Below, piece after piece: positions 38,596 through 53,299 of a stretch of 64,000 bases of DNA (positions are counted from its first letter, which is position 1; each line of letters starts with the position of its first letter). Both the position numbers and the translations under genes were made by a program. The notes below the pieces were generated by a model that ran no database searches, had not been told where the DNA came from, and worked only from the letters and a program-made list of their open reading frames with translations. Source of the DNA: Eledone cirrhosa. Taxonomy: Eukaryota. The DNA lies in assembly GCA_964016885.1 (NCBI GenBank), contig OZ024745.1, forward strand, positions 36,084,001-36,148,000, in the 5' to 3' direction.

Positions 38596-41500
38596 TGAGG
38601 CCTCATCATCGTCACCCAGTGACGATGAGGGAGAGCCTTTCCGACCAGTAAAAAGAAAAAAGAAAAGACATAACACAAACAAAAATGCAACAGACACACA
38701 AACACCAATACAAGCGACGCAAACAGCACAAACAAAAACACCCCCTCCTGAAAACAAAACACCTACTACAAAACGTAAACACACACAAGAACCACAGAAA
38801 AAAAGCAACACAACGCAACAAAAATGTTACACCTACATAAATACTAACAATAAAACTTTAACAGACACCATATATAAAATCCCTTCGGTGGAGACCGAAG
38901 GGAAAACTTTTACACACTCTGCGTAGAATCCTAATCTTAAAATGATTAGGATCTCCATGGACACACATAAACAGTTAAAAGAAAAATTTCCTAACGACGT
39001 AGGTAACCCCTGCGTCAAACCCTATAACCGCGTCCTTTTGAAATGCCCCCCCCCCCCCCACAACCCCTCCAACACCCCCATGGAAATTGTGCAGCCTGGT
39101 CCCCAGGAGACGAAGAGGTGAGTGATTCTTTTTCCTCTTCTTTTAACTTTTCGGCACCAACATGGCCAATATAAGAGTTCGATGTGTGAATGTACGCGGC
39201 CTGGGGATGCCCTGGAAACAGGGCAAACTCTTAAACGACCGCAGGTCGCACAGTATGGATGTAGTAGCCATTTGCGAAGCCAAGATCCACAGCGAGCGAC
39301 AACTGGCCCCATCTTCGACGACTTTGAGATCTACGCATCTCTCTGTCAGCCGGGTGGTTGGGGTGGGGTTGCCACTTTGCTGCGGAAACACCTGGACCTC
39401 GTAACACAGACGGTACATCTAGACCCAGAGGGTCGACTGGTGGTTCTAGACGTTGACGGTAGTGAAGGTGGAGCCTTCAGGCTGGTGGCCGCATATGCCC
39501 CATACGGGATACCGCGGCCAGACTTCTTCAAACGTCTAGAGACTTTTCTGGAAACGTCTCGCTCCCTGCTATTAGTGGGGGACTGGAATGGAATCCTAGA
39601 TGCACGTTTGGAGTATGTGGGAGCATGTACGGATAGAGGGGGAGCGGGTGTAACCGCCTCAAACAGTTAATCGGCCGATTTGACCTGGCCGATAGATATC
39701 GACTAGATTTTCCGACTGTGCCACTGTGGACGTAAACTAATCGTCGCGGAACATCTAGATCGTACCTAGATATGGTTCTATTTAGAAAGAAGGATAGGGA
39801 CATGTTAAGCTGTCCACAAATGTTCATGGTTGCCTATTCAGATCACAAATTAGTGACCTGCTCAGTCAACCTGGTCAAAACCCATAGACAGGGACCCGGC
39901 TACTGGAAGCTGAACTTGTCGTTACCGACATGCAAAGCCTACAGTAGACCGATTAGCACTTTAGTTAAGCACCACTTGACGGGGGCCGTTGTCAATAACA
40001 GATGGTGGTACTCTCTCAAGAGGGCAGTTAGATTAGACTCGATAGGTTTTAGTAAATAATTAGTGTTAGATAAAAAAAGACCGAAAAAGAACTGGTAGAT
40101 TAAGTAGAAGAGGCACTTAGGAGTGGCAACATAGCCAGCTTGCGAGCGACAAGAACGGCCTTGGACCAGTTCTTCGACGCAAAGCATGAAGGCTGCGTTG
40201 TCAGAAGCAAAATACGTGCTCTGGGAAACGAGGGAGCCAAAGCTGTTAGCTGGGCCCGAGTGAGGGAGGCTAAAAGTGGCAACAAGTCCACGATTCGCTC
40301 TTTGAAGGACCAAGACGGACGCGTGATACGTGAGCCGGAGCAGATGTGCGCGGCCTTTCAGTGGCACTTTGCTCAACTGCTCGAGCAGGGCGGCGCGCTG
40401 AGCGGGAGGGTGCTATGGATTTCGGTCCATACCTCGACGGCCTACCGCGACTCTCGGACAGCGAGGCGAAGTTCTGCGAAAGGCCGATTTCGGCCGCTGA
40501 GATAGGGGACGCGCTGAGCCTATGCGGCAAAAGCAAGTCTCCAGGTCTTGACGGTCTACCCTACGAATTTTACGTAGCAATGCCGGACTTGTTCTCCGGT
40601 CTCCTGGAAGCGGTCTACTGCAATTGGCAGCAGAACGGGAGAATTCCCAGTTCTGTGACCAAGGGCGTAATCACGTTAGTCAGGAAGGACGAGAACAAGG
40701 GGGATGACATAGGCAACTTCCGGCCCATAACTCTGCTCAACACAGAGTTACAGATTTTGGCCAAGGTGTTGGCAAAGAGGCTGGCGCTTGTCGTCGAAAA
40801 CCTGGTGGGAGAAGCGCAGACAAGCGCAATCCCGACCAGGTCCATACACGACAACCTCCACCTCATGCGATACATCATAGAGAGGGTAGGGTGTAAACCC
40901 AGCTTCGGTGGGGCCCTGATCAACTTGGATCAGTCTAAGGCTTTCGATAGGGTTGACCATCGTTACCTGGATGCGGTGCTCGAGGCGGCAGGCTTCGGTC
41001 CCGTGTTCATGGGCTGGATTGCTTCAATGCAGAACAGCAACATCTGCTCAAGGGTCAAGATGAACGGCTACCTCTCGGAGCCGTTCCATATCACGCGTTC
41101 CATCCGATAGGGATGCCCTCTCTCCTCCCTTCTGTACGTACTGACTCTCGAGCCACTACTGCGGAAGTTGGAGCTATTGCAGGGCATCCATTTGGAACCG
41201 GGACTGCGAAAATCGGCGTCGGCCTACGCCGATGACGTGACAGTAATGGTGTGGAGCACCTCGCAAATCGGGGAGTTCGGCACGTTACTGGAGGAATACG
41301 AAAGGTTCACAGGACCGAAGCTGAACGCGGACAAATCCGTCGGTTTGCAACTCGGAACGTAGAGAGGCAAACCGATGCCTTCCGATGACGTCGTCGGACG
41401 CTGGACGGAAGGACCCGTAAAGCTGTTCGGGGTCTGGTTTGGTCCTGACCTCCAGGTGGAGAAGAACTGGAACGAGGTGAAGGCCAAGGTGTTTGCGCTC

Positions 41501-42852
41501 ACCCAGAAGTGGGCCGACTGCAAACTATGCTTGAAAGGTCGAGCGGAGGTGGCGAACACTTTTATAGCGTCCGTCATCTACTACCACTTGACCGTTGTGC
41601 CTTGTCCAGCCAAAACGTTCACCAAAATGGAGCGCGCGCTCCTCCAATTCCTTTGGAAGAAACGGGCTTCTTTGGTGAGAAGATCCATCTGCTGCCAACA
41701 CCTATCAAACGGAGGGCTGGGGATGCCGTGGCTGACGATGCCGTGGCTGACGATGCGCAAACACGCGCTCAGTCTGCGGCACATCCACGTATTCTTCCTC
41801 AGACAACCGGTGTGGGCCCCATTCGTGAGGCGAGCCTTCCCACGATCGTCTCGCTGACCGAGCTGCAGTCCTGGGTCAAGCAATGTCCGAGGAAAATGGG
41901 CGACTGGCACTTCGAATGTGCTCAGGCGCTCTCAGTCCTCTGGCAAACGGATCCGGCGATCAGTGGAGACTCCACTTCGACATTCTATAGAGGGTTGGTC
42001 CGCAGCAAGTGCGACGACACGCTCGGAGAAACTCAAGGCGTAGAGGAGGACGAACTGGCCAGTCTGTTCGGTAGGACCTTCCGCCCGGGACTAATGGACA
42101 ACTTCCAAATGTCCCTGGCCTGGCAGTACTACCGCGGAGCTCTACCAGTTCGAGACAAGCTCTACAGACACGGGCGCCCGGGTGGGGACCCTTCGAAAAA
42201 GATCTGTCCGAGATGCGTGCGCGACAAGAAAACCGTCGCACACGCATTTGTACACGGCCCGGGCGTTACCGACCTGTGGAGCTATGTAGAAGTACTATTG
42301 TCGCGGGTGGGACCAATCCAGTTGCCCACCGAGTCCATTGTCATGATCAGACCGCCACCCTCCTTCAAAAACGAGGGAGAGGCGGTTTTCCTATGTGTTA
42401 TGGCTATGGTGAAAGAGGTTATATGGTGGACGAGGTTAAAAGGGCTGAGGTCAGAGACCTTTCTCTCCGGCAAGCAACTAATTCGTTTTTTCAAATATCA
42501 TTTTGGAAGAAGAATCAGGATGGAGAGAGAGGTGCTGTACCTCAGCAAATTTTATAAAAGGTGGGTGAATGTGGCATAGATGGCCCGAGTGGTTGGGGCT
42601 TCTCTCTATATAAGCCTGTAGGTTGAGAAAAAAGAGGAAAAGAGGAAGGGAGTACGCACTCTTGGTGCTCCTGAAGATGAGGGTTGTACATTTTTTCGGG
42701 GTGTGTACAACCCCTGTGTAACACCTCCCCCCTATTGGGAATTTCAATTGTTATTTGTTATTGTATTAATAGTTTTATTTTCATATACCTGTATGTAAAC
42801 TCCCCATTTGTATTTGTCCCCTTCTTTTGTGCCTTTGTGGCTAATAAAAATG
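38596..42852 (+). mobile_element. Tx1/L1-clade non-LTR retrotransposon, ORF1 mostly missing
   Basis: GC-rich block with AATAAA at 42843-42848, flanked on both sides by TCTA repeats. Confidence 0.88.
39162..42621 (+). pseudogene. ORF2: AP endonuclease + reverse transcriptase + C-terminal zinc knuckle
   Basis: NVRGL, YAP, GDWN, SDH, GYWKLN, KSPGLDGLPYEFY, FRPITLLN, KAFDRVDH, R*GCPLSPLLY, YADDVT, GGLG, CPRC..TVAH. Several stops and frameshifts. Confidence 0.95.
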
Positions 42853-42926
42853 TATCTATCTATATATATAAATATATTATAAAATAACAGGAGGCTGGAC
42901 TGGTGTAATTCCTTGAAAGGTTTATT

Positions 42927-42984
42927 ATACTATGATAATTTCAATGACCGTGTTCAGTATGGATCCGGTGACATCATCAGGTAT
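42927..42984 (-). ncRNA. Hammerhead-like motif in solo pLTR (~42875-43130)
   Basis: ATAC-CTGATGA-[irregular stem II with ACCG/CGGT]-GAAAT-tatc-ATA-GTAT. Confidence 0.5.
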
Positions 42985-43574
42985 TTGAGATATAACAAAG
43001 GAATATAATAGACAAAATCCATGGGGCTGAAAATCAGAAACATGAGGGCGACCGAACATTTAGCAGCATCTACCCCGGTCGACCGACCTCAAGTGGTGAT
43101 TATTAAGCCTACTTATGTTCAAATATATAATACAATATAGAGAGGTAAAACACAAGAGAGTGATATATATATATATACAGAGTGAGAGAGAGAGAGAGAG
43201 TGAAAGAGAAAATGACTTGGTGAATTGGTGATGGTGTTACTATGCATAGACAATGTATATATTATGGTAATACACAATATAATTTCGTTTACATGTATTT
43301 ATGTTTTTATTGAGTATTGATCTTTTACGCACGTTTCACAGATGTTTGCCTTAAGAGAACATATGGAAGCTTTGGTCCCGATTCCAACATCAGACTGGTA
43401 ATTCAACAAGAAATAACGTGTTTGTGATGATCGTTAAAGTGTTGGGCATACATGAATATCGGCCCTATGTTCGTGGTCCGTGCCTATGTAGGTGGTGAAT
43501 ATTCTAAGAACCACTGGGCTCCAATAGACATGCATTTATTTCCTGAAGAAAAATGTAGTGTTATATTCATGGTT

Positions 43575-43760
43575 AGAAGCATTTATTCCGGCTCTTTACG
43601 TTCTGAGTTTGAATCCCATCGTGATTAACATTACCTTCCATCCTTCGGAGATAATGAGAATATAGTATCAATGAAGAACAGGTTGACATAACATAATCTA
43701 CTTGCCCTTCCCTTAACAATTGCTGGCCTGGTACCAAAATTAGAAAGTAATATTCATAGT
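43575..43760 (+). mobile_element. Old diverged SINE
   Basis: tttacgttctgagtttgaatccc...ccttccatccttcgg...aattgctggcctggtaccaaaattagaaa. Confidence 0.7.
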
Positions 43761-44874
43761 CTATACATTGTCTCAATATTGGTATTGCAGGCTTGAATAT
43801 AAGTAAGCTTCTAATTATAACTATGTACGTATTAATTCTTAAGTTTTATAACCTATCAATAATTGATTCAATTCTACATATTTGGTGTATAATCTGTATT
43901 CTATAGTGACACCTCGAATGCCTTATAAAGCAAGCACAAACGAAGCAAATTATCCAAATATTAATTTCTGACATTCCGCTATTTATCTTTTCACAAATAT
44001 ACCAGACACATTTGTGCTTTTGTGAATTAATATCAGCTACAGACGTTACCAAATTAAATTACGCCCTGACTGATTTGACATACAAATTTAATATTTTTGC
44101 AATTAGCATCACAAGATTAACAAACGTTGCGCTGCGTCGTACATATGTATTGATATCTTTCCTTGTCGTACATATGTACATATGTATTTATATTTTTCCT
44201 TGTGGTACATATGTATTGGACTTTTACAAGCACCGCGTAAATATTATGAAACTGTTTCATTAAAGAGCTGTATAACAAGCAAAATATTAATCACCCCCAT
44301 ACCCTTTCAAACAAGGATTTTTTAGGGGCGCTGACGTCCTTAGACTTTAATGTTTTGTGTTACCTAAGGCAAGCCTGATTTAGCATTCTTAATCAGTTCT
44401 GTTCTGAACCTCACTAGATACTCTTTTCTATACCTGGGATAACATTGTCTAAGGTATATTTATGGTAGGGTATAGTTTGAGAAAGATATCTTGCCAGTGA
44501 ACTAATCATATACAAGCCCCGTTGCGGTTGATCCAAATTTGTCAATTGTTTTAAATAATTGATTGAAACATACTATCATATCTAATTATTATAAGGAAAA
44601 TTGGAACACAGATAACTGCTTGTGAATAATATAATATCACAACAATTGATATTACCGAAATATATATGTATTTTCTAATATAGTTTTCTTTCTCCATAAT
44701 TTTACGAGTGGTCTCCAAATAGTGCCGAGAGCAATATTGCTTTTCATCTTTGCTGACTCAATAAAATATCTACTATATAAATAATGATTCACGTTAATCC
44801 AATATATACTTTCAACCAATACTTTCTCATTGAGGGCCACTATTATTTATTAAACAATCAAAAGAATTAATTAT

Positions 44875-44955
44875 TTTTGCCTTTCATCCTTACGGGGTCG
44901 ATAAAATAAAGTACCAGTAATTGCTGGCCTTGTGTCAAAAGTAGAAACAATTATT
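44875..44955 (+). mobile_element. SINE 3' half
   Basis: gcctttcatccttacggggtcgataaaataaagtaccagtaattgctggccttgtg..aaaagtagaaacaattatt. Confidence 0.85.
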
Positions 44956-46584
44956 AAGATTAATCCTCAGAGGATAGAAATTATTATCTAATGCCATGTT
45001 CCGAATGTCTATGTATTTCGCTCGTTTTTGTTGTTGGTAGACTGCTGTCTTCTGACGTTTGGTATTGCGATGGAGCAACGTTGTTTTGTGCTTATACAGA
45101 GCAGAGGACTGGCCAAATTTAGAATGGAAATCCAGCATTTGACCATGCTGAAATACTCCGCTCTCCACACCAAAACTGTTATCCGAAAAAAGAGTAAAGC
45201 CGATAGACGTTTTCACCGATAATTCCACATAAGTTGCCCTAATGAAATGGAATTCAACCTCAGACCAAGTTAAGGATTCCAGCTCCCGATTTAGTTCCAA
45301 AACATTTACTATGTTTGATTAAGGCTGAAAGGCATCTGAAATTTGAAATCACTTACATCTCTTAACCCTCCCGAGTCTGACGAGGTTCCTTTACGGCATG
45401 TTAAAAAAAAATTATAAGTAAATAACGTTGATAACCAATTTACTAAACGTTTGCTGTGAGATGGTAGACCCCCAGCAGGCAGTTTGTATTGCGATAATGT
45501 TTCTGAAACATACAAAAATGTAATTGGAAACCATTAATTTTCACGATTTCTCGCGTCCAGAGTGACACGTGCACGTCTAACATAATGTGCCTAAAATGTT
45601 AAATTCTTTTCATTAATATACAAAAATATATCATTACTCAAATAAAGTCTCGAATTAAAAGGAGCGCAAATTAATTAAACATAGATAGACAATAAATTAC
45701 CGGACTTTATTAATTGTCCTACTACCAAGTATTTCATCTCCCAATTCGAATAAGTCATATCATAATTCAACGAGATGTTTCTTTTTTTTATTTTGGGGGT
45801 AATTTTGATTTATAGTTTTAATTTTGTAGATAAGCCTGCAAACTTTAGGCAAAGATTTGAAATTGTAAATTAACACCAATAGAAATCATCAACGTGCAGT
45901 ATATTATTATATTGACTCAAGACTTTAGGTATCAGTCATTAGTAGACGTTTTTCTCTTGATAGATCACACCTATTTATGGTACTGACATATATTCCTTCT
46001 GTTCAGCTATTTAGCCACTGTGAGATGTTGGCTTCATTCCATATCAGCAATAAAGAGTTGCCGAGACAGAAAGTATGTTTGGCGGAGTAAAAGTAAAACA
46101 CAAAAGAAAACACAAAAACATGGGAAACTATAATTGTTATCTAGTCATTAAAAAAGGTCTGTGTTTTAATATATATATATGACCACATGGCATTGTTCGT
46201 TTACTAAAGAAATTATGTGATATTGCATACTATGAAAACTTCATACCTATAAATTATCCAAAGTTCGATGTCTTTGCAAATTCAAAAATAGAAATACGAA
46301 AATGTTTTACTTATATGGATGACGTGTAATGTTAAATGTACTGAAATTAAACAATGTAGCTTTCGTGGCATGAAGTGGCATCCATATTCTGCGTTCGCTA
46401 CGGTAGTTGTGCCTGCAATTATTGTAAGAAAAAATGTGGTGGTTTTCTAAATAATTTTGTAATAAATTTGGCTCAATTTGTTCAGTCATAGACCAAATCA
46501 TGACCGAGGTGGTAGCCAGGTTGCCAGTACAGAATTATAATTATATCATATTCATTTTATGGAACTCTACAGTAAAGTATATAC

Positions 46585-46687
<103 letters not shown>

Positions 46688-46725
46688 AAGAAAGATCACC
46701 TATAACGATAACTTGTTATCCCATA

Positions 46726-46774
<49 letters not shown>

Positions 46775-46862
46775 TGCGTATGTAAGTGTGTATATTTATA
46801 TATGCGTATATATCATATATATAAACATATATATACATATATACACATGCACATGTATATAA

Positions 46863-46919
<57 letters not shown>

Positions 46920-47329
46920 TATCACTGCATGTAAATATACTGTTATTATACGAACCATTGTTTTTGGTTCAATGCCTTCGCAAATAGGAGACGTACTCCA
47001 TACTTTGTAACTTGACGTCCTGAATTAAAATGACTACTGTAAGTGCTAACATTCAACCGGTTATTGATTTAGAAGCATGTTATTTACATCATCTATTTCA
47101 TAGTATTGCGAAGGTCACAAATGAAGTAGTAAGAGAAGAAAAGAAAAAAAAAAGGTGATATTCGATGAATATATTCGTATCTAGCGTTTATATCCGTTTT
47201 GGTATTTCTGCCATTGTTGTATTTTTTCATTTCCTTTTTAATTTTTGTTATCGCTTTAGTATTTTACTTTTTACACGTCTTTCTGTAGATATCTCAGAAA
47301 TCTTCTCATGCTATATATATGTAAATGTT

Positions 47330-47362
<33 letters not shown>

Positions 47363-47372
47363 TTACAAACAA

Positions 47373-47457
<85 letters not shown>

Positions 47458-47483
47458 AAATATATACATGATACATACATACA

Positions 47484-47518
<35 letters not shown>

Positions 47519-48131
47519 TGGGTGAACTATGTATCTCCAAAATTCCATACCGAATATTAGAGAACAGACATTGAAGTATTATGGATGATATTAAAGTATG
47601 GAATGTAAAGATATTCTAGTAAATAAATAATGGTGTTTTGCAATGATAAAAGAGCGTTAAAGTTCAATAACAATTATATTAATTGGATGGGAGTCAATTA
47701 TCGCTTGTAGCATTGAACCGCCCGTTGTTTACGTTTGCTGATGCTCTTTGATTATATCTTACTATCTCGCCCTGATTGAATCATTCAAATTAATAGCCAC
47801 CGATTCTGTGGATTTATTATTTTGCTTATTTTTATTTCATCTGCAGTGAACAAGCGTTTTGTTCATTTTCTGTCGAGAGAACAAAAGATTTACATATGTG
47901 GTTATATGAGAATATGTAATTTTTATTCCAGAAAGATACATTGCACATGTCATTTAATTATATAATATTTCAGTATGTAATTATTTTGTTATTTTTTATG
48001 TTATTTTATTATGCTAAAATATGTTTTTCTTTTCTGGCGCTCTCAACTCCTCGTGGTATTGTACGAGCATTATGTTTCCCTAACCTAGAACAAGAAACAA
48101 CAGATATCATCTAATACAACAGGGACGATAA

Positions 48132-48201
<70 letters not shown>

Positions 48202-48556
48202 GTGTGTGTGTGTGTGTGTATGTCTGTCTCTCTGTGTATGTGGGTGCATATATATATATATTTATATATGTGTGTGAGTGTATGTATGTATGCATGTATA
48301 TATGTATATGTATGTATCGTGGAAATGGTGTACCGGAAAGAGTTGTAGCTAGGCTGCTTGGTATACATCGAGTTATTCAGCCTGATTATACTTACAGAAC
48401 TATTACGCTTGAAACGTGGTGCGAATGAGGAGACCGCATGAGTTGCTACAGATTCTTAGCAAGGTACCAAATGAATTGACCGATCGAATTGACCGATCTT
48501 TCAAGGAGCTAGAACCTGCAATGTGTGATGCATGATGGCAGTATATATACACACAT

Positions 48557-48650
<94 letters not shown>

Positions 48651-48654
<4 letters not shown>

Positions 48655-48730
48655 AATCCGGCGCTCGAGTGTATATAATTATTACATAATTATGGGAAAA
48701 CTCAAAACACGGACGAAACCATGGTAGAGG
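48651..48730 (+). ncRNA. 5'-clipped hammerhead at the start of a pLTR fragment
   Basis: (TA)n|GATGA-a-TCCG...CGGA-c-GAAAC-CATG-GTA with palindromic ACCATGGT. The CT of the core and the 5' strand of stem I are missing. Confidence 0.55.
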
Positions 48731-49154
48731 TATTTAAATGTATTCTATTTTCTCCTAGTTTATTTGAAACCTAATTCTGTTTAGTTGACTATATCTCGGC
48801 GATTATGCTGTCGAAATATTCGATAAATATTCCTCTACGGCCAACGCGAATGGCTAGTTTCGGTTATTTGTCGGAGATTCCTTCATAGAAGCCTCATTCT
48901 TATAGCCTGGTCTATTCGATTTTTTTATATAGTTAATTAAGCTAATTGGGAGAAGAAATAGTATATATTTTATCTTGTGATTCTATAGACATGTTTTATG
49001 ATATATAGCTCTGATTGTTTAATTTATTAATTTTTCATTAAGCCACAAAATGACCAGTTGCAAAACACGTATATGTATATGTATGTATATATATATATGT
49101 AAACTTTTATATATATATAAGCCAACAGTATTTCATAATATATATATATATATA

Positions 49155-49339
49155 TAACGAAGGAAATGTGGTAAGGAACCAGGTGGACCATAACGCACCA
49201 AAGTACTCAATACTTAGGGTAGTAGAGTGGGTAATAGGAACAAGTAAGACCCCGACGGCTGAGCTCAAGCCGTTTCGACGGCTAATTCAGAATTAGCCGA
49301 CGAAACGGCTTGAGCTCAGCCGTCGGGGTCTTACTTGTT

Positions 49340-49344
<5 letters not shown>
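49155..49344. repeat. Fold-back pLTR fragment (family of 30484)
   Basis: Near-identical to 30484-30617. Inverted arms are 49234-49288 and 49290-49344. Confidence 0.85.
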
Positions 49345-49376
<32 letters not shown>

Positions 49377-49422
49377 TATGAAATACTGTTGGCTTCACGC
49401 TCACAATTATTTATATACTTTC

Positions 49423-49510
<88 letters not shown>

Positions 49511-51348
49511 GTAGAAGTTATATTTAATTTCTTTTTTCCCTATTCCAACGGCTTGATTTAAATGTACGGGATTTAAACCTCTCCGACACTAATTTGCATA
49601 ATAGACCAATAATAAAATTAGTAACCCCACTATCCGGGAGCTTCCAACCGACATGGTCGCATTCTTTAAGGGTATGTCAATATTTGTTTATAAAACTGAT
49701 CTATATTATATTTTATGTGATGAAAGCGCACCATAATTTGCTTTGGTGTCCTTGAAATATGTATAATGAAATAAATATGCTTTTATAAATATAGTTTCCA
49801 TTTGTTAATATATTGTATATATATATACATATATGTGTGTGTTTGTGTGTGTGTCTGTGTTTTTGCATGAGTGTGCTTGTGTGTGCGTTTGTATAGGAGA
49901 CAGAGAGAGAGAGAGAGAGAGGCAGAAATATATAGATTCACAGAGAAAGAAAGCGAGAGATTGTCTGTATGTTTGTGGACGCGCTGCGTATTTTAATTCT
50001 ATTTAGCTACGCGTCGTTTGAGTTTGAAATGTCTGTCCTTTTGTAATGTGACTCCACATGGAACATTCCCTGCGTCAAACCGGTGTGCACCAAGAGACAA
50101 GTGGCAAAATGAATGCTTGTGTATTCGAATTTGTATACGTGGAATATCAATTACTAAAACTGCGATAATATTACTTTATTTCTATACTCTGAAGAGGAAG
50201 TTCTTGACAAATGCTTTAAAAGCAATGGATTGAATTTCACATATACAAAAAGGGGCGAATTGTTTATATTGAAAATCAAATAACTTTGTGTGACTTATAG
50301 AGGAATAAGTAAAACTATTCCACAACGATAACGCCATTTTCAATTACTTAAGCTATATATTTGTATTGACCAGTTAACGCAGCAAGCACTCTACATAGGT
50401 TGTATGAGAATAGATAACTAAATTGAATGTAATATATGTCGTTTTAAAGTATTTGCTATAAAACAGCACTTGATTTGTAAATTTACTTGCTTTTTATGAA
50501 CTTTAATCTACCCCCTAACAATTTGTTATGGTTGTTAATCTTATATATCTATAAGATGTCACTTAAGGAACATTGTGAACGATTGCAGTATTTATTTCGC
50601 ATAAATATTTTAAAGGAATATTGGATATTATATATTTAGGCAACACTTACAGAAGCTTAAGTAACCTTACCGGATAATAAATTTTAATTCAAGTCAAAGA
50701 ATTATAATCTAGCTCTGGTTTAGCAATTTCTGTTCCGAATAATTGATTATATTCAACCAAGTCTCCAAGCAAATGGTGTGGAACATCGTTTTCAATTACA
50801 AATAACATAAATTTTGTTTAACATTTGAAATTATAAACGCACAGGTAGAAAATATTTCAGCTAATTCTTTGTAACATTTAATTGAATCATATAAATTTCT
50901 TAAGTATGACGATACAAATTATTTCTGAAATACCGGCACAACCATAACTCCGGAGTTCAAGGTTTATCGTATTTCTTCTCATTCTATGGGTAATATGTCT
51001 TCTATAACATTATTCTCATATACATGAATAAAGTAACTCAAATCCAATGTTATCCAAATACGTAACCCAACCTTACCTGTCCTTACGTCTATCACATTAG
51101 GTATGAAGTAAAGAACATAAAGACATGTATTTCGTCTTTCAGAACTATAACTGGAAACACACTGCCATTCATTAAAAAAACCTTTACTAATTACAGGTAT
51201 ACAATATATAGTTTATACCAATATATACATTTATTTTATTATTATACCAAAAATACACATATATATATATATGTATATGTATTTACGCATGTGTGTACTT
51301 ATGTATGTACATTTGTACGCGCAAATTTGTGGAGCTACATATGTGACA

Positions 51349-51406
<58 letters not shown>

Positions 51407-51736
51407 GTATGTGTATATATGTGTCTGACGGAGAGTGTGAGAGAGACAGAGGGCGGATGTGTGTACGCTTGTGTGTGTTGCAATATTTTGTTAATGTTTT
51501 CAACTAACTATGATCATAGTGAAATTTTCCCTATTCAAAGTACATATTTGATCTTGCGCTATTGAGCTTAGAATAATAATTCTTATAGTATTTCCCTTTC
51601 GAGACAGTTCCAAACGAATACTATAGGAATGTTAGTGTTAACCCATATTGGAACAATGATGCTATTAACAGCAACTCGTATTCAGAAATGTATGTAAAAA
51701 CATTCCCAAGATTAGTTTTGATATAGCATGAATATG

Positions 51737-51806
<70 letters not shown>

Positions 51807-51873
51807 TCTCTCCCTCACTCTCTCTCCCTCTCTCCCTCACACACTCTCTCTCTCTATCTCTCTCTCTCTCTAC

Positions 51874-51932
<59 letters not shown>

Positions 51933-52409
51933 TGTGTGTGTGTGTGTATATGTATGTGTGGGGGGTGAGAACATGTGTGTGTGTGTGTGTGTGTGTGAGA
52001 ACATGTGTGTGTATGGATATATTTCTTAATAGCAAAACGCTAGATGGATATTGTCATTTGTTTATTGTAGTGAGTACATTGCCAATTTAACATCTATAGA
52101 AATATATTGTAAAGCATTGTGTTAGAATAGAACGATGCAACAGTGGAGATAGCAGAGTTTTGTATGAGGTTGGAAAATATAATCTCCGGCATTTAATCTT
52201 GTCTTTTAAAATTTCATGTTCAATTCCAAGTGAGATCCATTTCCGCCTCTATCATTTGGAGGTCGATAATACAAGCATTAAGCATTTAATGAATATAGAT
52301 ATAAACTGACTACTGTAAGTCTACTGTAAGTCTACTGTAAGACTACTGTAATAATGATATTTATATTGATCAAATGATCAATATAAATATCGTTATTATT
52401 ATTTGTGAG

Positions 52410-52870
52410 TGGTGGATTGGCAGTATCAGTAGAGGGTCGGACACCATGCTTTGCAGCATAGAGTTACGCCCCTTTATGATCCGAGTTCAAATCCCACAGA
52501 GGTTACCTTTACCTTTCATCTTTAAGGGGTCGATTATATTATGTACCAGAGCGGTGGATTGGCAGTATCGGTAGAGGGTCGGACGCCATGCTTTGACGCA
52601 TAGAGTTACGGCCCTTGCCATTCTGAGTTCAAATCCCGCCGAGGTTTACTTTGCCTTACATCCTTACGGGATCGATAAAATAAAGTACCAGTAATACACT
52701 CGGTATTTGCTGGCCTTGTTCCAAAAGTAGAAACAATTATTATTTATATTTGTTATAAAGGATGTTGATTGGGAGAATCGTTAGAGCGTCGGGAAATTAT
52801 ACGACTTTACGTTCTGAGTTTAAATCTCGCCGAGGTCAACATTGCCGTAAATCCTTCCTAGGTCAGCGAT
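52410..52870 (+). mobile_element. SINE cluster: head-to-tail pair (52410-52548, 52551-52745) plus a diverged copy
   Basis: Two ggtggattggcagtatc heads and three B-box-like motifs. Confidence 0.85.
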
Positions 52871-53299
52871 ATAATGTCTGGAACTAAAATTATATTATTA
52901 TCGATGGAATTAACTTGATGTTTGATCACAGGCTATCATGCTTTGCTGCATTTGTCCGTTTGCTTTACCTTCTGGACTGAAATTTCACTGATATCAATTT
53001 AAGCTTTTATACAGGAATCGATAAAATAAATTAACAGTCATGTATTGGAGATGATTTAATCGACTCTGTACTTCCTTTGAAATTGATGTCCTTGTGCCAA
53101 GTGCAGTATTTTTTAAAGGAAATCTATATTCTAATTTCAAATGACGCTGTGTCGATAACATGATGTACCAGTAATACTCTAAGGATGATTTGATCGAATT
53201 TCCGATCACTTCAAACTGCTGACCATGTACGAGGACGAGGTAAGACGTATGGCTGTCAACTCCCCCCCCCCCCACCACCACCACCACCACCACCACCAC

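Noticed and set aside
48381-48425. CTGATTA...GAAACGTGG as a hammerhead
   Set aside because: G8 is missing without compensation and no stems I/II are evident.
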